64,000 nucleotides of DNA from Mobula hypostoma (Eukaryota), in the NCBI RefSeq assembly GCF_963921235.1, contig NC_086115.1, positions 8,680,001 through 8,744,000 on the forward strand, read 5' to 3'. Of this stretch, positions 1 through 12,880 are shown piece by piece. The first letter of the stretch is position 1. Every line of letters starts with the position of its first letter. A program made the translations under genes and the position numbers. The notes under the pieces are model-generated. The model did not search any database. It had not been told where the DNA came from and was given only the letters and a program-made list of their open reading frames with translations.

Positions 1-830
1 CCTCGCGGTTGGTGTGAGAGGGCCTGGTATTCAGTATCACTGTTGAACAGCAGAATATATCGATAATATCGAAACAGTACTGAAGTTAGATAGTTGTGTG
101 AGGAAATCCCTCGTTGACGTTCCACAAGATCTTAGTGGAGCAGCTGCTGGAATGTTCTGTGTAGTTTTGGTCTCCTTATCAGAGAGTTGAAGAAATATAT
201 GTTCATGAATTGAGAGTCATAATTCACTCAGCCCTTCGGCCCCAAACCGTCCATGCCAACCATGCTAAATCCACTTGCAGGCATTAAGCCTGTTTCCCCT
301 TACACCCTTCCTATCCACGTACGTGTCCAAATATCTTTTAAACCTCATGCCTGTCTCTACAATATCCCAGCAGCACATTCCAGATATTTATAGAAAACTC
401 ACCCCACTTATCTCCTTAAAATTTCTCCTCATCTTTAAACCCATACCCCGTACTAAAGAGCTCCCTATTGTGGAGGCAAAAAGACCAATGCCTTTCAGTG
501 CTGTCAATGCCCCTTATAATTTATCAACCTCTAGAAGGTCACTCCTCAGCCTTCTGCAGTCCAGTGAGAATAAACTCAGCCTGTCCACCCCCCTCCATTT
601 CAGGCAACGTCCTCATGAGTTGCTTCTGCACTTGACACATCCTTCCCGTTATGTGCTGACCAGAAACCGCCCATAATACTCCGAGTGTGACAAGAATAAG
701 CCAATAAGTCAAATAGATAGAAGTAAATGTGGGTCAAGGAGAGGTGTAGACCTCAAAGGCAAAATAGAAAGCAGCGGTGATAGTACAAGACTGAGTGTTG
801 AGGGCAGAAGGCTGGCAACACGACACTTAC

Positions 831-934
831 TTGGATCAAAGACATCTGGATTCTTCCACTCCTTCTCGTCATGGTGAATAGCCCAGAGGTTGATGGTCAC
901 CTGAGTGCCTTTGGGGATTGCGTAGCCACCGATG
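831..934 (-). CDS. CYP17A1: CYP17A1-like exon 7 (SIGGYAIPKGTQVTINLWAIHHDEKEWKNPDVFDP)
   Basis: 104 nt; tgacag acceptor and gtaagt donor. Confidence 0.93.
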
Positions 935-1606
935 CTGTCAACACATACATTGGAATCAATACTTACAATTGCAATGGAATGCAAACATTCTAGGGTGTAA
1001 TTCTTCCCTGTGTGGATTGACAAGGTCTTCTTTAGCACTCTCATGCCCAGTGCACCTTACAGACAGGGAAGTATTGTTAAAGACACAAGAGGTTCTCTGG
1101 GGGCTGGGAATCTATAGCAGCACAAGCAAAATGCTGGAGCCGCTCAGCAGCTCAGGGAGCAGCCACGGAGAGGAGTAAACGGTCAACATTTCAGGCCGAG
1201 ACCCTACATCGGGACTGGAAATGAAGAGGGCAGGAGCCAGCAGTAGTTTTGAAAAGAGAGCACCATTGCAAGGTAGGAGTTTGGCAGCCAATTAATCCAC
1301 TAAAAGCTCCCAAAAATATCAGTTAAATAAATAATCAGATATCCCATTTGTTTGGTGACTTTGGCCAAGGAATAAACTTTGACCAGAAAACTAAGGAGAA
1401 CTCCCTTGCTCTTTGTTGAATAATTCCATAAATATCTAAGAAGATAGCATCCATCATAAAAGACTCTCACCATCCAGGACATGTCCTCTTCACATTACTA
1501 CCATCAGGGAAGAGGTAAAGGAGCCCGAAGACCCACATTCAACACAGGTCTTCTGACTCCTGTTAACCTTATTCTACTTTAATGCACTGCGTAATAATTT
1601 GATCAT

Positions 1607-1885
1607 GTTGGTGCATGGCCAAGTGGTTAAGGCGTTCGTCCAGTGATTTGAAGGTCGCTAGTTCGAGCCTTGGCTGAGGCAGCGTGTGTGTCCTTGAGCA
1701 AGGCACTTAACCACACATTGCTCTGCGACGACACTGGTGCCAAGCTGTATGGGTCCTAGTGCCCTTCCCTTGGACAACATCGGTGGCATGGAGAGGGGAG
1801 ACTTGCAGCATGGGCAACTGCCCGTCTTCCATACAACCTTGCCCAGGCCTGCACCCTGGAAAACTTCCGAGGCACGTTCATGGTC
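1607..1885 (+). mobile_element. tRNA-derived SINE
   Basis: A box tggccaagtgg, B box gttcgagcc, central gtgtccttgagcaaggcacttaacc; related copy on the minus strand at about 16990-17215. Confidence 0.78.
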
Positions 1886-1939
1886 TCTCTATATCATTAT
1901 TATAGGCATGGTCTCCATGCCTATAATAATTTGCTCTAC

Positions 1940-2775
1940 AGAATCAGAATCAGATTTAATATCCCAGGCATACGTCGTGAAATTTGTTAACTTTGTGGCA
2001 GCAGTACAATGAAATACATGATAATAGAAAAAAGAAAACTGAATTACAGTAAGTATATATACAGTATATTAATAGTTAAATAAATAATGATTAAAAAAAG
2101 GAAATTAAAAGTAGTGAGGTAGTGTACATGGGTTCAGTGTCCATTCAGAAATTGGACGGCAGAGGGGAAGAAGCTGTTCCTGAATTGCTGGGTCTGTGCC
2201 TTCAGGTTCCTGTACCTCCTTCCTGATGGTAGCAATGAGAAGAAGGTGATGGGGTCCTCAGTAATGGGCACTGCCTTTCTGAAGCATGGCTCCTCGAATA
2301 TGACCTAGATACTACAGAAGCTAGTGCCCATGATGGAGCTGACTAAGTTTACAACTCTCTGCAGCTTACTTCGATCCTGTATAGTACCATCCCTCCTCCC
2401 AAACCAGACAGTGATGCAGCCAGTTAGAATACTCTCCTCAGTACATCTGTAGAAATTTGCAAGTGCTTTTGGTGACATACCAAATCTCCTCAAACTCTGA
2501 ATGCAGTATAGCCACAGTCTTGCCTTCTTTATAGCTGCATCGATACGTTGGAACCAGATTAGGTCCTCAGAGATCTTGACACCCAGGAACTTGAAATTGC
2601 TCACTCTTTCCACTCCTGATCCCTTCATGAGGACTGGTGTGTGTTTCCTTGCCTTACCCTCTCTGAAGTCCACAATCAGCTCTTTGGTTTTTGTTGATGA
2701 TGAGTGCAAAGTTATTCCTGCAACACCACTCTACTAGCTGATACACCTCAGTCCTGTACGCCTTCTCGTCACCAA
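1940..2775 (-). mobile_element. Rex1/Babar-type LINE 3' fragment
   Basis: KTKELIVDFR...VERVSNFKFLGVKISEDL...FYRCTEESILTGCITVW; (tctgat)n tail. Confidence 0.85.
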
Positions 2776-2990
2776 GACAAGCTTTCACTGTGTCTTGGCA
2801 CGTGACATTGATAAGCTAATACCAGTCCCTGCAGAGTTTTGTGCACCGAGAGTATTATTGACGGGGAATTAAATGGAGATTGAATTCAGTGCCCGACGGA
2901 ATGGAAGGGGCAGGCTAGAAAAGTTGAATGGCCAGGAATTCCAGTTCCCATGTTCCCAATGGACAGCTAAAAGCAGCCAACTGTGTTTAC

Positions 2991-3160
2991 CTGGTGTCCA
3001 CTAATGCCATGTGAGGGATGAGGAGAGGTGACACAGGTTGGATCCTCAGGGTTTCACTGATGGTCGCATTCAGAAAATGCATGTTTTTTTTATCACTTAA
3101 TTTAGGAGTTCTCTCAAACCCAATATTGTTGTCGATTTCCTCTTGTATTTTAGTTTGTAT
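2991..3160 (-). CDS. CYP17A1: CYP17A1-like exon 6 (IQTKIQEEID...ETLRIQPVSPLLIPHMALVDT)
   Basis: 170 nt; ttgcag acceptor and gtaaac donor; K-helix ExxR. Confidence 0.93.
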
Positions 3161-3621
3161 CTGCAATGGGTGAAAAACGGTCAAATTACCTAATTATGTA
3201 TGATATTGAAACCCTCCAGGCTAGTTTAACATCTTGTCTGTTGGAGTTCATAATAAAATTGTTCTTTGCAAGTGCCATGAGGCTATGGGGGTCTGGGAGG
3301 CACTGTGAGGGGTGCTGGTGGAAGCACGTCCAATCGAAGGGTTCAAGGGCTCTTAGATGTGCAGAGAAAGGAGGAATACAGACTACGTGCACACGGAAGG
3401 TGATAAGGTGTCATGAGCTTAACTAGTACAGCAAAACATTGTGGGCCGAAGGGCCTGTTTCTCTACTGTACTGGTTTGTGTTCTATGTCCTAACTCTTAG
3501 GTGTGTCATATGTGCATTTATGTGAGTTTATATGTGTAAATGAAGTTGTGTGAGTTTGTGTGTATGAAAATGTGCAAAGAAGCCTTTGTCAGTATAATAA
3601 TGTGTTTGTGTGTGAGTGGTC

Positions 3622-6080
3622 ACTGTACCACCCAACACCCAGCCCCCATCCCACCCAACACCCAGTCCCCATCCCACCCAACACCCAGTGCACTGTACCA
3701 CCCAACACCCAGTCCTCTGTACCACCCAACACCCCGCCCCCATCCCACCCAGCACCCAGTTCTCTGTACCACCCAACACCCAGTCCCCATCCCACCCAAC
3801 ACCCAGTCCTCTGTACCACCCAACACCCAGTCCCCAAGCCACCCAACACCCAGTCCTCTGTACCACCCAACACCCAGTCCCCATCCCACCCAACACCCAA
3901 TCCTCTGTACCACCCAACACCCAGTGCCCATCCCACCCAACACCCAGTCCTCTGTACCACCCAACACCCAGTCCCCATGCCACCCAACACCCCGCCCCAT
4001 CCCACCCAGCACCCAGTTCTCTGTACCACCCAACACCCAGTCCCCATGCCACCCAACACCCAGTCCTCTGTACCACCCAGCACCCAGTTCTCTGTACCAC
4101 CCAACACCCAGTCCCCATGCCACCCAACACCCAGTCCCCATGCCACCCAACACCCAGTGCCCATCCCACCCAACACCCAGTCCTCTGTACCACCCAACAC
4201 CCAGTCCCCATGCCACCCAACACCCCGCCCCCATCCCACCCAGCACCCAGTTCTCTGTACCACCCAACACCCAGTCCCCATGCCACCCAACACCCAGTCC
4301 CCATCCCACCCAACACCCAGTCCTCTGTACCACCCAACACCCAGTCCCCAAGCCACCCAACACCCAGTCCTCTGTACCACCCAACACCCAGTCCCCATCC
4401 CACCCAACACCCAATCCTCTGTACCACCCAACACCCAGTGCCCATCCCACCCAACACCCAGTCCTCTGTACCACCCAACACCCAGTCCCCATGCCACCCA
4501 ACACCCCGCCCCCATCCCACCCAGCACCCAGTTCTCTGTACCACCCAACACCCAGTCCCCATGCCACCCAACACCCCGCCCCATCCCACCCAGCACCCAG
4601 TTCTCTGTACCACCCAACACCCAGTCCCCTGAGCCACCCAACTCCCAGTCCCCATCCCACCCAACACCCTGTCCCCATCCCAATCAACACTCAGTCCTCT
4701 GTAACGCCCAACACCCAGTTCCCATCCCACTCAACACCCAGTCCTCGTACCACTCAACACCCAGTGCTCTGTACCATCCAACACCCAGTCTTTTGTACCA
4801 CCTAACACCCAGTCTTCCATACCACCCAACACCCACTCCTCGTACCACTCAACACCCAGTCCTCTGTACCACCCAACACCCAGACCCCAACCAACACAAC
4901 ACCCAGTCCCCATCCCACCCAACACCCAGTCCCCATCCAACTCAACACCCAGTCCTCGTACCACTCAACACCCAGTGCTCTGTACCATCCAACACCCAGT
5001 CTTTTGTACCACCCAACACCCAGTCCTCCGTACCACCCAAAGCCCAGTACTCTGTACCACCCAACACCCAGTCCTCTGTACCACCCAACACCCAGACCCC
5101 AACCAACACAACATCCAGTCCCCATCCCACCCAACACCCAGTCCCCATCACACCCAACACCCAGTCCACTGTACCACCCAACACCCAGTCCCCATCCCAC
5201 CCAACAACAGTCCCCTGTACCACCTAACATCCAGTCCCCTGTACCACTTAACATCCAGTCCACATCCCAATCAACACCCAGTCTTCTGTACAACCCAACA
5301 CCGAATCCTCATACCACCCAACACCCTCATACCACCCAACACCCAGTCCTCTGTACCACCCAACACCCAGTCCCCATCCCACTCAAACACCCAGTCCTCT
5401 TTACCCCCCAACACCCAGTTCCCATCCCACTCAACACCCAGTCCTCATACCACTCAACACCCAGTCCTCGTACCACCCAACATCCAGTCCTCTGTACCAT
5501 CCAACACCCAGTCCCCATCCCACTCAACACCCAGATCCCATATCACCCAACACCCAGTCCTCTGTGCCACCCAACACCCAGTCTCCATCCCTCCCAACAC
5601 CCAGTGCACTGTACCACCCAACACCCAGTCCTCTGTACCACCCAACACCCAGTCCCCATCCCACCCAACACCCAGTCCTCTGTACCACCCAACAGCCAGT
5701 CTCCATCCCACCCAACACCCAGTCTTCTATACCACCCAACATCCAGTCCCCATCCCACCCAACACCCAGTCCTCTGTACCACCCAACACCCAGTCCCCAT
5801 CCCACCCAACACCCAGTCCTCTGTACCACCCAACAGCCAGTCTCCATCCCACCCAACACCCAGTCTTCTGTACCACCCAACACCCAGTCTTCTGTACCAC
5901 TCAACAACCAGTATCCCCACAGCTATCATCTAGTGTTCATCCACCCGATACCCAGTCCCCACTGTCCTACCCAACAATAATTCCTTCCCCACTCAATGCT
6001 CAGTCCTCTGTCCCAGCAGTAAACAAGCCCCCCGCTGAACATTCATCCCCTCCACCCAGCACCCAGTCCTCTGTCCCACC
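3622..6080. repeat. C/A-rich minisatellite of mixed 23- and 24-nt monomers (cccatcccacccaacacccagtc / ctgtaccacccaacacccagtcct) in CYP17 intron 5
   Basis: Directly visible tandem array; homogeneous to about 4630, then degenerating. It generates the spurious PPNTQ/GVGW ORFs. Confidence 0.95.
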
Positions 6081-6440
6081 CATTCGCTTCATCCCACGCA
6101 ACACCATCTCCCCCACAACCCCCCCCCCCAACCAGGGCAGCTGTATTCACTCCATCAGAATAGCAACACTCTGTCCGTTTTGCAGGACAATGGACTTCAT
6201 TTCTTTGTTTTTTTTTTAAATCATGTCCTTTCTTGCATAATTCGTGTTGCTAATTTATCTTTATCTTGTGAATCCTGTTTATGTGATGCCGCCGTTAGTA
6301 TGTTTTTCATCGCAGCTCTGCACACATATACTGTACTTGTGCGTCTAACAATAAACTCGACCTTGACTTTAACAAGAGCACGTGGGCTGACCTGAGCAAG
6401 CAGAACCAAGTGGACTGTTACGTGAAATCCCTTCTTTTAC

Positions 6441-6647
6441 CTCAGGATGCAGAATCAAGTAAAAAAAGACCCAGGTAAAGGTGATGGACGTGGTCTCCAT
6501 CCCGGCTCCATATACTTCTCCCACTGTCGTCATCAAGTGGTCGTCAGTCAGCTGTGGCGCAGGAAGCAGACTGTTGGTCTTGGCATTCTCCTGAGCTTTC
6601 AGCAGAGCGTCGATCAAGTCCTTTACAGAGTCGCTCTTAAAGTTTGC
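6441..6647 (-). CDS. CYP17A1: CYP17A1-like exon 5 (ANFKSDSVKDL...GEVYGAGMETT...LILHPE)
   Basis: 207 nt; tcccag acceptor and gtaaaa donor; I-helix AGxETT. Confidence 0.93.
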
Positions 6648-6769
6648 CTGGGAAAGTGGAAGCAGGAGAGATCTGAGCAAGGTCACCCATGCTAGGGCAG
6701 TTTATACTGAAGGAAGCGAGAAGCAAACTCATAGCCACAAGGACAAGTTCGGTTGCTCACAAACACAAG

Positions 6770-7072
6770 GGATGGTATGGTTGCATAGTGGTTAGTGTAA
6801 CCCTGTTAAATTGCCAGCAATCGCAGTTGATTTCCTGCCGCGGTCTGTAAGGAGTTTGTATGATCTCCCTGTGACGGCGTGTGTTTCCTCCCACATTGCA
6901 AAGTGGCACGGGTTAGGGTTAGTAAGTTGTGGACATGCAGTGTTGGTGCATGGTGACATTTGCTGTTTGCCCCAGAAACATCCTTGGACTGTGTTGGTCA
7001 ATGACACAAACAACACGTTTCACATTTCACTGTTTGTTTTGATGGACACGTGACAAATACAGTTAATCTTTA
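6770..7072 (+). mobile_element. V-SINE/HE1-like tRNA-derived SINE; further copies near 8130-8385, 15690-15960, 28670-28975, 49700-49900, 50570-50870, 59640-59800 and 62780-62900
   Basis: Recurrent ggagtttgtaYgttctccccgtgac...gtttcctcc...cccaca central domain behind a tRNA-like head. Confidence 0.7.
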
Positions 7073-7141
7073 ACAAGGGAAATAACATATCTATGAGCTG
7101 AAATGAGGACACCAGGGGGTGCACATTTCACATCCAACTAC

Positions 7142-7228
7142 CTTGTGCTCTTCAAATTTCTTCATTAAGATACTTTCTCGAATTGCAAGGGATCGTTTCA
7201 GGACCTGAAGAGTCTCATTGGGAAAATA
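7142..7228 (-). CDS. CYP17A1: CYP17A1-like exon 4 (YFPNETLQVLKRSLAIRESILMKKFEEHK)
   Basis: 87 nt, not in the ORF track and found by hand; ttacag acceptor and gtagtt donor; FPN motif and the Arg equivalent to human R239. Confidence 0.92.
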
Positions 7229-8549
7229 CTGTAATAAATGAAAGAGAGAGGGTTTCTAACCATGAATTATACTTGGTTCTACAAGCAGAGGTTTAATGTG
7301 CAGAAAATATCCAATTACTTGCAAATTATCTAAAGCTGCTAAGCCGTGACTACAGTCAGAGAGGAGGGTAAACAAGGATCCCTCTCATCACCTCTAGAGT
7401 CAGTGCTTGGCAAACGTAGACACTGGCAATGAAGTTCACTACCAGGCAGACTGAGCAAAATAGTGATCAAAGACCAAGCCTCATATCCCGCACTAAATTC
7501 ATAATCTACAAAGATCCCCTACATTGCTTTAGAGACATTCAAGAGGCGACGGAAGTTTAGAATACCAGAGATTGTGCAGATGCTGGGAATTCAGAGCAAC
7601 ACACACAAAATGCTGGAGGAACTCAGCAGGTCAGGCAGCATCTATGGAGAGTAATGAGTCTTAGGATGAGACCCTTCATCAGGAGTCCCAAAATGTCAAC
7701 TGTTTATTCCTCTCCGTAGATGCTGCCTGGCCTGCTGAGTTCCTCCAGCATTTTGTGTTCAATACTAAGGAAATTTGGCACGTTCCCAATGACTTTCATC
7801 TTTTTTCAACAGCCGCACCACAGGAAGCAAACTACCTGGATGCGTCACTGCTCGGTGCAGCAACTGCTGTGTGTGTGACCTCAAGAAACTAACTGCAGAG
7901 AGCTGTGGACATCACGGAAACCAGCCTCCCCTTCCTTGCACACTGTCTACGGTTCCCACAGCTTTGGGAAAGCTGCCAGCATAATCAAAGACCCCACCGG
8001 GATACTCTTTCATATCCCTTCTCCCATCAGGCAGAAGACACTAAATCTTGAGAACATGTACCACAGGCTGAAGAACAGGTTCTGTCCTGTTATATGGGCT
8101 TGGATGGGCCTTTTATATTACTGAGATACAGTGTGGAATAGGCCCTCCCACCTCTTCGAGCCGTTCCATCCAGTAGCCCCTGATCTAACCCTGGGACAAT
8201 TTTCAATGACAATTCACCTACCAACCGGTGTGTCATTGGACTGTGGGAGGAAATCGTAGCACCCGGAGGAAACCCACAGAGTCACGGGGAGAACGTACAA
8301 ACTCTGTACAGACAGGGGTGGGAACTGAGCCCGGGTCGCTGGTACTGTAAAGCGTTATGCTAACCACTACGCTACTGTGCCACCCTCTCGATCTACAGTA
8401 TCTCATCGTGGCCCTTGTATTTTATTTGTCTGCACTTTTTCTGTAACTGTAACAGTATTGTCTCCACTGTAATTCATACATTTTCACTGACCCTAAGGGA
8501 AAAAACATTTTGTGTAAAGAGATGGAGATAGAGATTAAGAATGGAACAC

Positions 8550-8779
8550 CTTTAGCCAGGGGAAGATGTCCACTAGGTGATATCCTCCCACATTTTCCAC
8601 AATTCCTTGCTTATACTCGAGGACCTTCAGGAACTCTGGGTCATCTCTGTCATGGGCTGAGTTGAAACACAGCTTGCCAACCACGTTTGAGAGAAACCAT
8701 ACCACCTCGATCATTATGTCCATTGGTGAGCCAACAAGCTGTTCAAATTTGGAGCAAGTCGAAGCGACTTCTTTGCCAA
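8550..8779 (-). CDS. CYP17A1: CYP17A1-like exon 3 (IGKEVAST...LVDIFPWLK)
   Basis: 230 nt; aaacag acceptor and gtgttc donor; LCFN...DPEF...LVDIFPWL. Confidence 0.92.
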
Positions 8780-10049
8780 CTGTTTTCACCAAATCAGGCC
8801 AGAAAAAGAAGAATGATGGTATTAATAAAAGAGTCATTGCAAATGTGTTTACTGATATTCAGATTGACACAGGATAAAACAGGAACATTGGCAAGCCTTG
8901 GGCAATATTGCAGAGGAAGGTAGTAATGAGAGTTCTGGTTTAGAAAGTTTGGTCGCTCATTATGCGCTGTGTCATATGATGTAGCCGATCATGGCCTTTC
9001 CATGACCACGACCACTCTTGGCAAATTTTTCTACAGCCTTCATCTGGGCAGTGACTTTACAAGACGGGTGACCCCAGCCGTTATCAATACTCTTCAGAGA
9101 TTGTCTGCCTGGCATCAGTGGTCACGTAGCCAGGAGTTGTGATCTGCACCGGCTGCTCATACGACCATCCACCACCTGCTCCCATGGCTTCACATGACCC
9201 TGATCGGGGGCTAAGCACGTGCTACACCTCGCCCAAGGTTGACTGAAGCCTAGGGGAGGGGAGGAGTGCCTTCCATCTCCTTTGGTAGAGACATATCTCC
9301 ACCCCACCAGCAGAAAGTAAACCCTGTTTTTCTCTCTCTTGACAATGGTGCCCATCCCTCCCCACCATTAAACACATTTAAATGGCACATAAGAAAGCAG
9401 CATCCATCATCAACAACCCCACCATCGAGCCCATGCACTATTCTCTCTACTACCATCAGGTAGGAGGTTCAGGAGCCTTAGGTTCCACTTCAGGAATATT
9501 CATTATTCCCCTAAATCATTGTGTATAACTTCAATCACCACTCCTCTGAACTGATTCTATGACCTACAGTGTCACTATCAAAGACTATTTACAACTCATG
9601 TTCTCAATGTTACTTTTTATTTTCACAGTTTGTCTTTTGCACGTAGGTTGTCAATCTATGTCTGTTTACGTAGAGTTTTTCCATAAATTCTATAATATTT
9701 CTTTTTTCCCTGTTAATGCTGCAAGAAAATTAATTTCAAGGTGGTATAGGGTAACATATACATACTTTGATAATAAATTTACTTTTAACTTTGAATTTTC
9801 TGCCTTTATTTCAGATTTCCTGCAGCTGTGGCTGTTTGACTTTATTTGGCCTTAAAGCTTGGATAGGATTTGCACACTTGTACTAAGTTGTTGGGTTGCT
9901 GTGGAGCTAAATTACCACCCCAAGAGGTAACTGGATCAAAAATAGGGCTTATTTTCTGTCACTGAAAATCTGAAATACAAATAGAAGAAGTTAAAAATTC
10001 ACAATAGGTTGGCCAACATCTGTGGAGTGAGAAACAAAGATGAGGTTTT

Positions 10050-10680
10050 TATAGACTTGATAGTATAATTAAAAAGATGTATGGTGTTTTGACCTTTATT
10101 AGTTGGGAGATTGACGAAGCTCTATAAAACTCTGGTTAGACCACACTTGGAATATTGTGTTCAATTCTGGTCACCTCATTGTAGGAAGGATATGGAAGTT
10201 TTTGAGGGAGTGTAGAGGAGATTTACCAGGATGCTGCTGCCCAGATTGAGGAGCATTTCTTATGAGGAAAGCTTGATCAAGCTGGAGCTTTTCTTTTTGG
10301 AGAAGAGGATTGGGTTGACTTGTACAAATGATAAGAGGCATAGATCGAGTGGACAGCCAACTCCTTTCTCCTGGGGTAGAAATGGCTAATATGAGAGGGC
10401 AAAAATGTAAGGTGATTGGAGGAAATTATAAGAGGGAATGTCAGAGTTAAGTTTTTTATGCAGAAAGTTCTAGGGTCGTGGAACACATTACTGGGGTGTT
10501 GGTAGAGGCAGATACATTAGAGACATTTAAGAGACTCTTAGACAGGCAAACGGAAGAAAGACAAAAATGGAGGGCTATGTGGGAGGGAGGGTTAGGTTGG
10601 TCCTGGAGTAGGTTAAAAGGTCAGCACAACATTGTGGGCCAAATGGCCTGTACTGTTCTATGTGTATGTATATCTATGTT
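10050..10680 (+). mobile_element. CR1 LINE 3' fragment
   Basis: [19 protein letters not shown] remnant and CR1 3' UTR. Confidence 0.78.
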
Positions 10681-10907
10681 CATTCCTCAGAACTTTCTCT
10701 CCCCACAGATGCTAACTGACCTGCTGAATAGTTTATAAGTCTCCTATTTTATTGTTGCGATGAAATGCAGCATCAGAGTCAGCTTTACTACCACAGAAAT
10801 CTGTTGTTTGGTGACAGCAGGGCAGTGTAAGTACATGTATCCAGATCAGTGGTCCTGATATCTCATAGTGCCAACACCAAGACACCGTGAGCCCCGTTTA
10901 CACTCAC

Positions 10908-11046
10908 TTGTTTCCTCAAGAGTCTCCTTCCCACTCTTAACTGTGTAGAGATGTGAATGAACGAGCTTTCTGTAAAACCTCCAGGTTGGGCTGAAATTTG
11001 CAAATGCAATGCCTTTCCCATCTTTACTGAGCAGGTCTGTTGTCAC
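10908..11046 (-). CDS. CYP17A1: CYP17A1-like exon 2 (VTTDLLSKDGKGIAFANFSPTWRFYRKLV...)
   Basis: 139 nt; tttcag acceptor and gtgagt donor; GIAFA and WxxxR motifs. Confidence 0.93.
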
Positions 11047-11279
11047 CTGAAACAAAGAGAGAAGATTATGGAAACTTTTACTTTGATGTTTAACTTACAG
11101 GTCCATTGGGGATAGGACTGCATCTGCAAGGGAAGAACATTGGCTGTTCCTGTGGAAGAGAAAGGGAAAGCTAAGAGGCCAAAAATAACAGAAATTTAAG
11201 GACCATTGTGTCTGTTTCCTGTAGGCTAGCTACAGACTCAGTTTCAATAACCCTTTATAATTCGTGTTATAGTTAAAGA

Positions 11280-12880
11280 GTCATAGAAAAATACAGCACA
11301 GAAACAGGCCCTTTGGCCCATCTAGACTGTGCTAAACCATTTAAACTCCTATCAACCTGCTCCCAGCCCATAGCCTGCCATACCCCTCCCATCCATGTAC
11401 TTATCCAAATTTCTCTTAAACGTTGAAATTGAGTTTGCATGCAGCACTTCCACTGGCAGCTCGTTCCACACTCTCACCACCCTCTGAGTGAAAAAGATCC
11501 CCCTCATGTTCCCCTTAAACTTTTCACCTTTCACCCTTACTCCATGACCTCTAGTTGTAGTCTCACCCAATGTCAATGGAAAAAGCCTGTTTGCAATTAC
11601 CTTATCTATACCCCTCATAATTTTGTATACCTCTATCAAATCTCCCCTCAGTCTTCTGTGTTCCAAGGAATAAAGTCCAAACTATTTCAATCTTTCCTTA
11701 TAACTCAAGTCCTCCAGTCCCGGCAACATCCTTGTAAACTTTCTCTGTACTCTTTCAACTTTATTTACATTTTTCCTATAGGTAGCTGATCAAAACTGGG
11801 CACAGTACTTCAAATTTGGCCTCACCAACATCTCAAAGTTTCAAAGGTTCATTTGTTATCAAAGTATACAACTCTGAAATTCTTCTTCTCCAGATAGCCA
11901 TGAAACCAAGAAAGGAAAGAAAAGCAGCACGATCATCAACTTCCAAATCCCCCCGCACAAAAAAAATCCCTTCCCCCGCACACAAAATAAATGAGAAAGA
12001 CCGGACAAAAACACAATACAAAAAAAATGTCTTGTATAACTTCAACATAACATCTTATCTCTTGTACTCAGTACTTTGGTTTATGAAGGCCAAAGTGGCA
12101 AAAGCTTTCTTTACAACCTGATCAACTTGTGACACCACTTTCAATGAGTTATGTACCTGTAGTCCCAGATCCCTTTGTTCCACTGCACTGCCCAGTGCCC
12201 TACTGTTTACTGTTTAAGACCTATCCTGGTTTTTCCTACAGAGTGCAACACCTCACACTTGTCTGCATTAAATTCCATCTTGTAAACACGAGGAATTCTG
12301 CAGATGCTGGAAATTCAAGCAACACACATCAAAGTTGCTGTTGAACGCAGCAGGCCAGGCAGCATCTCTAAGAAGAGGTACAGTTGATGTTTCGGGCTGA
12401 GACCCTTCATCAGGACTAACTGAAAGAGGAGCTAGTAAGAGAATCTGGCCTGCTGCGTTCACCAGCAACTTTGATGTCTGTTGCTTAAATTCCATCTGCC
12501 ATTTCTCAGTTCATTTTTCCAGCTGATCCAGATCCCGGTGCAAGCTGAGATAGTCCTCCTCACTGTCCCTACACCCCAGTCTTGGTGTCATCCACAGATT
12601 TGCTGATCCAGTTAACCACCTTATCATCCAGGTCATTGATATAGATGACAAATAACAGCAGACCCAGCACTGATCTCTGAGTTACTTCATTAGTCATAGG
12701 CCTTCAGTCAGAGAGGCAACCATCTACTACCACTCTCCAGTGCCTAATCCAATTTACTACCTCACCTTGAATGCCAAGCAACTGAACCTTCCTGACCAGC
12801 CTCCCATGCGGGACCTCGCCAAAGTCCATGCAGACAACATCCAGGGCCTTGCTTTCATCAACTTCCTCAAAAAACTCTCT
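11280..12880 (-). mobile_element. CR1 LINE fragment carrying two nested insertions
   Basis: RRLRGDLIEVYKIM...FFTQRVV on the minus strand; interrupted at about 11831-12027 and 12281-12484. Confidence 0.85.

Noticed and set aside
1-830. CYP17 exon 8 (heme-binding FxxGxRxC)
   Set aside because: Not found on the minus strand here; the region is mostly decayed CR1, so the exon presumably lies left of the window. This is not evidence of a pseudogene.
1607-1680. Possible tRNA gene
   Set aside because: It is a tRNA-like head continuous with a SINE body, with a second diverged copy in the window.
3622-5900. CRISPR-like repeat-spacer appearance
   Set aside because: There are no unique spacers and no cas genes, and the context is a eukaryotic intron.
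3528-6219. Long ORFs (300-555 aa) rich in PPNTQ or GVGW on both strands
   Set aside because: They are stop-poor translations of the minisatellite in all frames, inside a CYP17 intron; not genes.
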